DNA from: Christensenellaceae bacterium
GTDB taxonomy: Bacteria; Bacillota; Clostridia; Christensenellales; Borkfalkiaceae
Direction: 5' to 3'
DNA: 64,000 nucleotides
Assembly (NCBI GenBank): GCA_045651665.1
Contig: JAZRSR010000022.1
Coordinates: forward strand, 17,116 to 81,115
Shown here: piece by piece, positions 54,640 to 64,000 of the stretch
Numbering within the stretch: position 1 is the first letter of the stretch
Layout: the number at the start of each line of letters is the position of its first letter
Program-made: the position numbers and the translations under genes
The notes under the pieces: generated by a model
Seen by the model: the letters and a program-made list of their open reading frames with translations, nothing else
Database searches by the model: none
Told to the model about the DNA's origin: nothing

Positions 54640-55449
54640 ATGAAAGTTGGAATTTTTATTAACACAACTAAAAGTGAAGCAAATACTACGGCAAGTGCCT
54701 TTGGTAAAATTTTAATTGAAAACAGTATTGATTATAAAATCGTTAACCTTAAAGAAGATTGTAAAGACGTTGACGTTATTGCTGTTTTCGGTGGAGATGG
54801 CACGATTTTAAGAGTTGTTGAATATGCGTTTGAGTATGATATTCCCATTTTAGCCGTTAATATAGGTACGGTTGGATTTTTAAGTTGCGTTGAATCAAAC
54901 GAACTTAATAGAGCGGTTGAACTCATTAAAAACGGTGGGGAACTTGATAAGCGTTCGGTAATGAAGGTTGTTTGTGGCGATAATAAGTATTACGCTCTCA
55001 ACGAAGCGTTAATTCAAAGATGCTCGCAAGACGTGTCTATGAGTGAAGTTGCTAAACTTTCTCTCTCTATAGGTAATTGTTTTGTAGATAAGTATTTTGC
55101 AGATGGTATTATTTTAAGTACGCCTACTGGTTCAACTGCATATTCGCTTTCTTGCGGTGGTTCAATAATGACGCCTGATCTTAACGCATTTATTGCTACG
55201 CCCGTGTGCGCTCATTCGTTACATAATCGTCCAATCGTTTACTCGGACGGTAACGTTGCTAAAGTAACCGTTTTAGAAAATTCTGCTAAGTGTTCTTTAT
55301 ACGTTGACGGCAAGTTTGCTAAACACGTTAAAAAGAACGAATCCGTTGAAGTTTCTAGAAGTAGAAAAATGATAAAATTCTACAAAACCCAAGATAATTT
55401 CTTTGAAAAACTTTTAATTAAATTAAACAAATGGAGTGAAACAAAATAA
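54640..55449 (+). CDS. nadK: NAD kinase
   Basis: GGDGT(IL) and STPTGSTAYSLS motifs. ATG 54640 follows AGGTGG. Confidence 0.9.
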   Translation: MKVGIFINTTKSEANTTASAFGKILIENSIDYKIVNLKEDCKDVDVIAVFGGDGTILRVVEYAFEYDIPILAVNIGTVGFLSCVESNELNRAVELIKNGGELDKRSVMKVVCGDNKYYALNEALIQRCSQDVSMSEVAKLSLSIGNCFVDKYFADGIILSTPTGSTAYSLSCGGSIMTPDLNAFIATPVCAHSLHNRPIVYSDGNVAKVTVLENSAKCSLYVDGKFAKHVKKNESVEVSRSRKMIKFYKTQDNFFEKLLIKLNKWSETK

Positions 55450-55904
55450 TGTCTGTAAAATTGAGACGTGAGAGAATTAAACAAATTATAACCCAGACTG
55501 AAGTTAACACTCAAAGTGAACTTGCAAAAATTCTTTCGGATGAAGGTTTTTTAGTTACCCAAGCAACTGTTTCAAGAGATATTAAAGAGCTTGGATTAAT
55601 TAAAGAGAAGGGTAAGGTGCTTAACTATAGGTATGCGCTTCCGGAAACGAGTTTGTCAGTTTCCGAAGATAAGGTTATTCCGCTCTTACGAGCTTTTGTA
55701 ACGAGTGTTGTTAGCGCAAGAAACTTGGTTGTTGTAAAAACGCTTGAAGGCCACGGTTCTGCGTGTGGTATGGCTATAGATAAACTTTCATTGCAAGGCG
55801 TTTTAGGTTCAATAGCGGGGGATGATACCTTGCTTATCGTTGCTGAAAGTGATGAACTTGCTAACTTGGTTAAACAAAAAATAAAGGGTTTTCTTAACGT
55901 ATGA
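55449..55904 (+). CDS. argR: Arginine repressor ArgR/AhrC
   Basis: N-terminal winged-helix (TQATVSRDIKEL) and C-terminal GTIAGDDT-like SIAGDDTLLIV. Confidence 0.9.
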   Translation: MSVKLRRERIKQIITQTEVNTQSELAKILSDEGFLVTQATVSRDIKELGLIKEKGKVLNYRYALPETSLSVSEDKVIPLLRAFVTSVVSARNLVVVKTLEGHGSACGMAIDKLSLQGVLGSIAGDDTLLIVAESDELANLVKQKIKGFLNV

Positions 55905-57574
55905 TAAAAAGTATTCGCATACAAAATATTGCCTTAATAGAACTTGCTGAAATTGATTTTTTCAGCGGTTTAAGCGTGCTTTCAGGTGAAACTGGCGCTG
56001 GTAAAACGGTAATTATAAATGCGATAAACTTTTCGCTTGGCGCAAAGGCGGATAAAACTCTTATTAGGCACGGTGAAACTTATTGTTTAACTGAAGCTTG
56101 TTTTGATGATTTAAGTGAAAATACCAAAGAAGTATTAACTGAACTTGATATAGAGTTTGAAGACGAGATAATTATTAAGCGCAAGTTAACAATAGACGGC
56201 AGGTCTGATATTAAAGTGAACGGTCAATCCGTAACTTTAACTATGCTTAAAAAGTTAACTCTTACTTTATGTGATATATACGGGCAAAGTGAGCATTATT
56301 CATTATTAAACCCGCAAAATCAATTAAAAGTACTTGATTTATACGTAGGCAAGCCGTTATTAGACTTAAAAGACAAAACTAAACCTTATATTGAAAAAAT
56401 TAAAAATGCTCGTAAGATTTTAGAAGAAAACGGCGGAGATGAGTATTCAAGAAGTATTCGTTTAGACGTTTTATCTTATCAAATTTCTGAAATTGAAAAA
56501 GCTGAACTTTACGATGGCGAAGAAGATGAGTTATTAGAAAAGAAAAAAGTGTTCTCTAACGCTCAAAAGATAGGTGAAAGTTTAGCGCTTGTAAGTTCTT
56601 CTATTTCTGAAGATGGTGGCGTTTTAGATATTTTATCAACGGCGATAAATAAATTGTCGCAAATTTCAGAATATAAAACCGAGTATTCAGAACTCTACGA
56701 TAGGCTTTATTCAATAAAAGCAGACGTTGACGATATATCGTATACTGCGAGCGCTCTTCTTGATGGTATTGATTTTGACGAGCAAGAAAAACAACGTATC
56801 GAAGATCGTTTAGATTTGATAAAATCAATTAAGAAAAAGTATGGAAATTCTTATTCTGAAATAATGGAATTTTATCAAAAATGTTCGATAGAATACGAAA
56901 ATTTACAAAATTTCGCTGAACTTTCAAAGCGCTGTGAAACTGAAATTTTAGAAAGTGAAAAAGCCTTAAACGAAATATATAACGATATGTTCTCTTTGAG
57001 ATTAATTGGCGCAGAAAAGTTCTCAAAATCGGTAGAAACGGAACTTTCTACACTTGGTATGAAGAGCGCAACGTTTAGTGTTTCGGTTACTCAAGATAAT
57101 TTCAAACTTTCTGAAAACGGTAATAGTGAAGTAGAGTTTTTATTTAGCGCAAACAAAGGCGAACCGCTTAAGAATATGACTAAGATTATAAGCGGTGGCG
57201 AAATGAGTAGATTTATGCTTGCGCTTAAAATTGTGGCAAGTGACGTTGGCGGAACTTACATTTTTGACGAAATTGACGCCGGCATTTCAGGCGAAGTTGC
57301 AAAAATCGTTGCTAAAAAATTCGTTGAACTTTCAAAACGAGTTCAAATAATAACGATTTCACACTTACCGCAAATCGTATCGTTTGGCGACAATAACTAT
57401 CTTATTAAAAAGACTGAAAATAATGAAAAAACCACAACGAACATAGTGAACCTTGATAATGAAGGTAAAATTAATGAAATTATTAGGCTTACCGGTGGTG
57501 GAGATAAGGAAGTTGCTCGCCTAAACGCTATATCTTCAATAGAAACCGCAAACGAATTTAAGAAAGAAATATAA
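55901..57574 (+). CDS. recN: DNA repair protein RecN
   Basis: Walker A GETGAGKT, a long coiled coil, signature SGGEMSR and Walker B IFDEIDAG. Confidence 0.94.
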   Translation: MIKSIRIQNIALIELAEIDFFSGLSVLSGETGAGKTVIINAINFSLGAKADKTLIRHGETYCLTEACFDDLSENTKEVLTELDIEFEDEIIIKRKLTIDGRSDIKVNGQSVTLTMLKKLTLTLCDIYGQSEHYSLLNPQNQLKVLDLYVGKPLLDLKDKTKPYIEKIKNARKILEENGGDEYSRSIRLDVLSYQISEIEKAELYDGEEDELLEKKKVFSNAQKIGESLALVSSSISEDGGVLDILSTAINKLSQISEYKTEYSELYDRLYSIKADVDDISYTASALLDGIDFDEQEKQRIEDRLDLIKSIKKKYGNSYSEIMEFYQKCSIEYENLQNFAELSKRCETEILESEKALNEIYNDMFSLRLIGAEKFSKSVETELSTLGMKSATFSVSVTQDNFKLSENGNSEVEFLFSANKGEPLKNMTKIISGGEMSRFMLALKIVASDVGGTYIFDEIDAGISGEVAKIVAKKFVELSKRVQIITISHLPQIVSFGDNNYLIKKTENNEKTTTNIVNLDNEGKINEIIRLTGGGDKEVARLNAISSIETANEFKKEI

Positions 57575-57576
57575 AT

Positions 57577-57609
57577 AAAAAATCCCCACGTAAAGCGTGG
57601 GGATTTTTA
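57577..57609. terminator. Bidirectional terminator between recN and groEL
   Basis: AAAAAATCCCCACG-TAAAG-CGTGGGGATTTTT. Confidence 0.85.
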
Positions 57610-57622
57610 TTTGGGGTTTATA

Positions 57623-59257
<1,635 letters not shown>

Positions 59258-59261
59258 CTAA

Positions 59262-59546
59262 TTATTCAACTATTGCTAAAATATCACTTTGTTTAATGAT
59301 TGTAAATTCTTTACCGTCAACCTTAAACTCGCTACCTGCGTATTTAGCGTATAATACCACGTCACCAACTTTAACTTGCATGGTGATTTCTTTACCGTCT
59401 ATAATTCCACCGGGACCAACCGCAACTACGGTAGCAGTTTGTTGGTTTTCTTGCGAAGCAGAAGGAAGAATAAAGCCTGTTTTAGTAGTTTCTTCTTTGT
59501 TGTTTTGTTTAACAACAACCTTGTCAAACAACGGTCTAATATTCAT
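59262..59546 (-). CDS. groS: Co-chaperonin GroES
   Basis: MNIRPLFDKVVVK start; 94 aa; directly upstream of groEL. Confidence 0.98.
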   Translation of the reverse strand: MNIRPLFDKVVVKQNNKEETTKTGFILPSASQENQQTATVVAVGPGGIIDGKEITMQVKVGDVVLYAKYAGSEFKVDGKEFTIIKQSDILAIVE

Positions 59547-59579
59547 AATTTAACTCCTTAAATATAAAAATCAATCAAT

Positions 59580-59606
59580 TTAGCACTCTCATATCAAGAC
59601 TGCTAA
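59580..59606 (-). promoter_or_regulatory. CIRCE operator (HrcA binding site) upstream of groES
   Basis: TTAGCACTC-N9-GACTGCTAA compared with the consensus TTAGCACTC-N9-GAGTGCTAA: one mismatch. It lies between the promoter and groES. Confidence 0.8.
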
Positions 59607-59610
59607 TTCT

Positions 59611-59638
59611 ATTATAGCCATATTATAATTTTTGTCAA
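59611..59638 (-). promoter_or_regulatory. Sigma-A-type promoter for groES-groEL
   Basis: Minus strand TTGACA, a 16-nt spacer, then TATAAT, immediately upstream of CIRCE. Confidence 0.65.
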
Positions 59639-59669
59639 TAGAATACTGGTAAAAAAATTAAAAATTTTG

Positions 59670-59698
59670 TTGAAATTGAGATGTATTTGTGTTAATAT
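59670..59698 (+). promoter_or_regulatory. Sigma-A-type promoter for dCMP deaminase-ppiB
   Basis: TTGAAA, a 17-nt spacer, then TAATAT, preceded by TGT (extended -10-like). Confidence 0.5.
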
Positions 59699-59735
59699 AT
59701 ATTTAATCAAAATAATAAGGATTATTGGAGATTAT

Positions 59736-60185
59736 ATGAATAAGTGGGATAAACGTTTTGCCGATATGGCAGATTTAGTTGGTACGTGGTCAAGCTGTTA
59801 TCAAGAAGGTAGACAAGTTGGTGCAGTTATCGTAAAAGATAATAGAATTTTAGCAACGGGCTATAACGGTGCTCCGTCTGGCGTTACCAGTTGTAAAGAT
59901 AAAGGCGAGTGTTTGAGAAAGAAACTTAATATTCCATCGGGTACGCGCCAAGAAACTTGCTATGCCGTTCACGCAGAGCAAAACGCTATTTGCCAAGCGG
60001 CAAAGATGGGTATTTCGGTTAAAGGCGCAACTATATACGTTACGCATCAACCGTGTACTATTTGTACTAAAATGATTATTAATTCGGGTATTACAAGAGT
60101 TATATATAAACACGGATATCCAGACGAGTTCTCTGTTACGTTACTTAAAGAAGCAGGCGTAGAAATTGTTAAGATTGATGAATAA
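59736..60185 (+). CDS. dCMP deaminase (ComEB-type cytidine/deoxycytidylate deaminase)
   Basis: HAEQNAI and PCTICTKMI zinc motifs. ATG 59736 lies downstream of a TTGAAA-17-TAATAT promoter that covers the ORF-track start. Confidence 0.9.
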   Translation: MNKWDKRFADMADLVGTWSSCYQEGRQVGAVIVKDNRILATGYNGAPSGVTSCKDKGECLRKKLNIPSGTRQETCYAVHAEQNAICQAAKMGISVKGATIYVTHQPCTICTKMIINSGITRVIYKHGYPDEFSVTLLKEAGVEIVKIDE

Positions 60186-60199
60186 GGAGTATATTATAT

Positions 60200-60724
60200 A
60201 TGGAAAAGAAAAATCCTATTGTTACAATAAAAATGAACTTTGGTGGCGAAATTAAAGCGGAACTTTATCCCGAAATTGCGCCTAATACTGTAAATAACTT
60301 TATTTCTCTTATAAGCAAGGGTTATTATAACGGAATTTGTTTTCATAGAGTTATTCCAGGTTTTATGATTCAAGGCGGTTGCCCAAACGGAACTGGTACG
60401 GGTGGGCCTGGTTATTCAATTAAGGGTGAGTTTACGTCTAACGGTTTCAATAACCCCTTAAAACACGAAAGAGGCGTGTTATCTATGGCTAGAACTATGG
60501 CTCCAAATTCGGCGGGTTCGCAGTTCTTTATTATGCACGAAGATTCTCCGCATCTTGACGGTCAGTACGCATCTTTTGGTAAGGTTATCGAAGGCATTGA
60601 AAACGTTGATAAGATTGCCGAAACTAAAACTGACTGGAGTGATAGGCCGTATGATGATCAAATAATGACCGAGGTTACGGTTGAAACTTTTGGCGTTGAA
60701 TATCCCGCTCCCGAAAAATATTAA
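60200..60724 (+). CDS. ppiB: Cyclophilin-type peptidyl-prolyl cis-trans isomerase
   Basis: FHRVIPGFMIQGG and GSQFFI motifs. Confidence 0.94.
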   Translation: MEKKNPIVTIKMNFGGEIKAELYPEIAPNTVNNFISLISKGYYNGICFHRVIPGFMIQGGCPNGTGTGGPGYSIKGEFTSNGFNNPLKHERGVLSMARTMAPNSAGSQFFIMHEDSPHLDGQYASFGKVIEGIENVDKIAETKTDWSDRPYDDQIMTEVTVETFGVEYPAPEKY

Positions 60725-60737
60725 GATATAATAAATT

Positions 60738-60766
60738 ACCCCGATTGTGTAACAATCGGGGTTTTA
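60738..60766. terminator. Bidirectional terminator between ppiB and the dnaI-like gene
   Basis: ACCCCGATTGT-GTA-ACAATCGGGGT followed by TTT. Confidence 0.8.
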
Positions 60767-60768
60767 GT

Positions 60769-61680
60769 TTAACGTTTTCTAAAATCGTTTGTGTAAAACG
60801 GAATAAAAAGCGATTTGTCTTTGTCAAGAATCCTTGAAGTAAAGCGTTCGTTATAACGTTCTAACAGTTCTTTGTCGTTAAGGTTAGTGGTAATTATTAT
60901 GTGCTTATTCTTTTCAATTCTGTTTGAAATGAGTGATAGTAAACTTTCAACAGTTACGTTCTTATAAATTGCTTCCGTTCCCAAATCGTCAATAATTAAT
61001 AAGTCGGCGTCGGTTAAAACTTCAAATATAAGATTTCTATCAATTTGATTAGTGTGCATTTTAACAAAAATTGCGTTGAGTTCAGTTGACGTTAAAAATA
61101 ACGATATGTTTTCACTTTTTTTAACGGTTGAGTGAACGCATTTTGCAAGTTCGGTTTTTCCTGTGCCAACGTTACCTGAAAAAATTAAATTCTTAATTTG
61201 AGTGTTGGGGAAGTTTTCAGCGTAATTTCTTATTATTTTGAATTGTTTTATTAGATTTGGGTCTTTAATTAACGTATTAAAATCGCAATTTGCAGGCTCA
61301 ACAACGTCAAGGCTTTCGAGCGCAACTTGAGTTAAGTATTTATAATAGCATTTGCAACGTTTCCCTTCAAAAATGCCGGTATCATTGCAAATTTTGCATT
61401 TGTAATTATATTTTATAAGGGGTAAATTGCTCTTTAACTCATTTATTTGTTCTTCAATAACTTTTGTTTCAATTTTGAGTTTTTTAATCTCGTTTAAGTT
61501 TTCTTCGTATTCTGCTTTAGCAAGGTTAAATTTAGCGCTACCAAGTTGATTTTCAAGTGAGACAAACTCGTTGTTAGCCATTAAAATTTGTTGATTATAG
61601 CGAATAACTGCGTATTTTTCTGCCTTAAAATCAGCGTAAATTCCATTAACCTTATCTATTAATATTTTAGATTTTAACAT
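60769..61680 (-). CDS. DnaI/DnaC-like helicase loader ATPase (N-terminal coiled coil plus zinc ribbon)
   Basis: CKICNDTGIFEGKRCKCY zinc-ribbon-like motif, Walker A GNVGTGKT and Walker B LLIIDDLG. The ATG lies 1 nt after the upstream gene's stop. Confidence 0.75.
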   Translation of the reverse strand: MLKSKILIDKVNGIYADFKAEKYAVIRYNQQILMANNEFVSLENQLGSAKFNLAKAEYEENLNEIKKLKIETKVIEEQINELKSNLPLIKYNYKCKICNDTGIFEGKRCKCYYKYLTQVALESLDVVEPANCDFNTLIKDPNLIKQFKIIRNYAENFPNTQIKNLIFSGNVGTGKTELAKCVHSTVKKSENISLFLTSTELNAIFVKMHTNQIDRNLIFEVLTDADLLIIDDLGTEAIYKNVTVESLLSLISNRIEKNKHIIITTNLNDKELLERYNERFTSRILDKDKSLFIPFYTNDFRKR

Positions 61681-61681
61681 A

Positions 61682-63109
61682 TTACACCTCAAAATCATCA
61701 AAGTGCTTTAACAAATCGTTAATATCACTTTCGGTGTAATTTCTTTCGTTTGCAAAGTGCGTTGTTTTAGAGGTTACGCCTGGTTTTTGTAATTTTTCAA
61801 TAGAGTCAACGCTAAACACGTTTTGGATCTTCCAGTTGGATAAGATACTGTTCATGTACGAGATAGGGTTGGTAACGTGGCTTGAACGCTTTGCTGCCTC
61901 TAATATCATCTCGTCGGTAAAGTTCCATAAACGCCAATTTTCAAGGTTTTCTCGATCCCAAGCGTTAGGTTTTCTTTGGGTTCCGGCGTATGACAATATT
62001 TTTTCAATAAATTCATCGTTTTTATTGTGTTGTTCAATATACATTGTTATGCTCTGAATAGTAACTAAACCCATCTTATAAAGCTTGTCAACAGTTGAGT
62101 TCATAAGTTCGAGAGTACGCCTATTTTTTCTAAAACAATAATCGGCAATAAAAAGTAAAGTTTCACGATTAAAACCCTTTGCTTGCCAAGGAGAAACGTA
62201 GGTTGATAAAACGTTATCTAAAACCTCAACGTATAAGCCAAGTTTTTTAGTGATTTCAGAACAGAGAAGGAAGTTTTCTTGTTTTTGATTAAAATATGCT
62301 TTGGCTTCTTCTAAAGTAAAACACTTGTTTGCGTATAGTTCTTCAATGTTTTTATCGAGCTTTTTAATTGTTTTTGATTTTGTAAGCGTTGCAATTTGAA
62401 GTATAAAATCGTGCTCAAAACCGAGTTTTTCAGTCCAACGCTGATAGCTTTGAATATCTTCAATTTCAGGCTGTTTGGTTGTTTTTAAGGCCTTGAATAC
62501 GCTAAGAATTTCATTTGAGGAGTTAAAGTAGCCGTCAAGCTCTTTATTTATAAGTTCAACAGTAGTAATCCCTCTTGAAATAAATTCTTTTGCAACGGTT
62601 AAAATATACTTGTAGCCAATGTTGTTACCTTTAAGTCCGGCGCAGTATTTGATTATTAAAATAAAAGCATCGGGTTTAAGCGCGGTGTTTTCCATTAAAG
62701 TAAAGTACTCGTTGTATTCGGTAACAGAAATCATACGTTCACTAATAATTTCTTGTACGGATTTTGAGAAAGATTCGTATTTTTCAGGATTAAACCTTCT
62801 ATATTTTGCCGTAGATTCGTTAAGCGGGTAGTAGTGAACGGTAAATGGAGATTGTGAAATGATTGATACAATCCCATATTCATCCCAATACTTAAAACAG
62901 TCTATAACTTCGGATTGTTCAATCTTCAAAACTTCAGAGAATGAGGGTAAATCGATAGCAAAATCTGAATTTTGGCATAAGTAAAGACCGTAAAGATATA
63001 CTTTTACGGCTTGTTCTGGCGCTTCGGGTAAGAAGTTTAATATAAAAAGGTTGTCAATCAACGTTTTGCCAGACTTTTTGTTTTCTTTTGAAAATGAACA
63101 GAAGGACAT
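61682..63109 (-). CDS. DnaD-domain replication initiation/membrane attachment protein (Firmicute DnaB-like)
   Basis: Repeated DnaB_2/DnaD C-terminal-type modules (for example ISYMNSILSNWKIQNV). About 475 aa, paired with a DnaI-like gene as in Bacillus dnaB-dnaI. Confidence 0.7.
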   Translation of the reverse strand: MSFCSFSKENKKSGKTLIDNLFILNFLPEAPEQAVKVYLYGLYLCQNSDFAIDLPSFSEVLKIEQSEVIDCFKYWDEYGIVSIISQSPFTVHYYPLNESTAKYRRFNPEKYESFSKSVQEIISERMISVTEYNEYFTLMENTALKPDAFILIIKYCAGLKGNNIGYKYILTVAKEFISRGITTVELINKELDGYFNSSNEILSVFKALKTTKQPEIEDIQSYQRWTEKLGFEHDFILQIATLTKSKTIKKLDKNIEELYANKCFTLEEAKAYFNQKQENFLLCSEITKKLGLYVEVLDNVLSTYVSPWQAKGFNRETLLFIADYCFRKNRRTLELMNSTVDKLYKMGLVTIQSITMYIEQHNKNDEFIEKILSYAGTQRKPNAWDRENLENWRLWNFTDEMILEAAKRSSHVTNPISYMNSILSNWKIQNVFSVDSIEKLQKPGVTSKTTHFANERNYTESDINDLLKHFDDFEV

Positions 63110-63448
63110 AATTCACCAAATTTTTTAAGTAGTATAAATAATACACTAAATTATTAAAATAATCAAGCGTTATTGAAAAATTAAATCAAACCACAATATT
63201 TTGTGTTTTGCGAGGAATCGTCTAACTACTAACTAAGTATTTTGCTTTTCGTATATTGTGTTATTAAAAAATAGAAAAATAAATAAAAAATGCGATAAAA
63301 CCGCAAAATATAGAATATTTTATATTTTTAATTTACGCACGCGCAAAATAAATATAAATAAATATTTAATAAATTAATAAAAAAGAGTACCCAAAATTCA
63401 AATTTTGGTGTATAATTAATTTTATAATTTTTTAGATAAAGGTATAAG

Positions 63449-64000
63449 ATGGCTAACAGTATTTTAACCCCAATTAACTTGTGGGATGAGTTTAATAGTT
63501 TGCTTCCGCTTAAAGAAACGGTGCTTAAAAGTGAAACTATAGGAAACGCAGTTTTTAACTACGTTTATTTTTCTGGTAGGCAAGTTGAGAGTGAAAGGGT
63601 TAGAATTTACGGTATATACGCAGAGCAAAAAAACTCAAAGGCGGGTACAATTGTAATTGTGCCAAGCGTTGAAGAACCGCTTGACGCCGATTTAATTTTA
63701 TACTTTTCAAACCGTGGCTTTAACGTTCTTGCCGTTGATTTATACGGTAAATGTGAAAGCGTTAGCGATTTTACCGTTTACCCTCAAACGATAAATTACG
63801 CAAATTTTGTTGAGTCAGGTAGAACTTTTGATTACGTTGACAATACTGCAAAAGAAACTTGTTGGTACGAGTGGTCCGCGGTAATTAGATACGCAATATC
63901 TTATGCTAAAGAGAAAAATCCAAATGGTAAAATAGGTCTTTTAGGCGTAAAACACGGCGCAAACGTTGCTTGGCAGGTTACTGCGGTTGATACTCGTGTT
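63449..64000 (+). CDS. Alpha/beta-hydrolase-fold-like protein, N-terminal part (3' end outside the window)
   Basis: ATG 63449 opens a frame that runs to the window end (184 codons). VRIYGIY...IVIVPS...GFNVLAVDLYG resembles acetyl-esterase/dienelactone-hydrolase-type folds. Confidence 0.45.
   Translation, partial: MANSILTPINLWDEFNSLLPLKETVLKSETIGNAVFNYVYFSGRQVESERVRIYGIYAEQKNSKAGTIVIVPSVEEPLDADLILYFSNRGFNVLAVDLYGKCESVSDFTVYPQTINYANFVESGRTFDYVDNTAKETCWYEWSAVIRYAISYAKEKNPNGKIGLLGVKHGANVAWQVTAVDTRV

Noticed and set aside
63110-63448. AT-rich gap next to replication-initiation genes considered as a replication origin (oriC or DUE).
   Set aside because: No TTATCCACA/TGTGGATAA DnaA boxes or close variants are visible, dnaA/dnaN are not adjacent, and the dnaD/dnaI-like genes are not normally origin-linked.

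Overview
This window looks like a low-GC, AT-rich Firmicute (Clostridia-like) chromosome from a probable spore-former. It is gene-dense, about 74 CDS, mostly on the + strand and mostly housekeeping. Left to right: (1) a dcw cell-wall/division cluster (murE 3' end, mraY, murD, ftsW/spoVE, murA, ftsQ, ftsA-like, ftsZ), then inverted spoVG and murC. (2) rpmE, a DUF1385-PrmC fusion, prfA and an aminotransferase. (3) A small P-loop protein paired with a threonine-synthase-like protein. (4) trpS tightly coupled to three uncharacterised genes (DUF5685-like, J-like/TPR/Cys-rich, membrane protein) and an rRNA methyltransferase. (5) An accessory block at about 21.7-37 kb: SGNH esterases, GDPD plus a GDPD remnant, L-serine dehydratase, CAT-family acetyltransferase, ThrE exporter, alpha/beta, MBL and HAD hydrolases, an AraC regulator with a Gfo/Idh/MocA-TIM-barrel operon, ddh and a NahK-like kinase. 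(6) dxs, two unknown membrane proteins with an M20 peptidase, and prmA-mtaB-HIT-rpsU. (7) An orphan Na+-decarboxylase beta/gamma-like pair. (8) spoIIIAA-AH, asp23, nusB, folD, ispA, tlyA, nadK, argR and recN. (9) groESL with a CIRCE operator. (10) dCMP deaminase, ppiB, and DnaD-domain plus DnaI/DnaC-like replication loader genes. I found no rRNA, tRNA, CRISPR array, transposase, integrase or recognisable defence system. The best candidates for undescribed biology are the trpS-linked DUF5685-like/J-like/membrane module, the P-loop/ThrC-like pair, the DUF1385-PrmC fusion, the membrane-pair/M20 module, perfect palindromes on the trpS and oadB promoters, a compositionally foreign SGNH/GDPD-remnant insert, and a strong ACGTT oligonucleotide excess. 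All family assignments come from motif reading by eye and recalled family signatures, not from searches.
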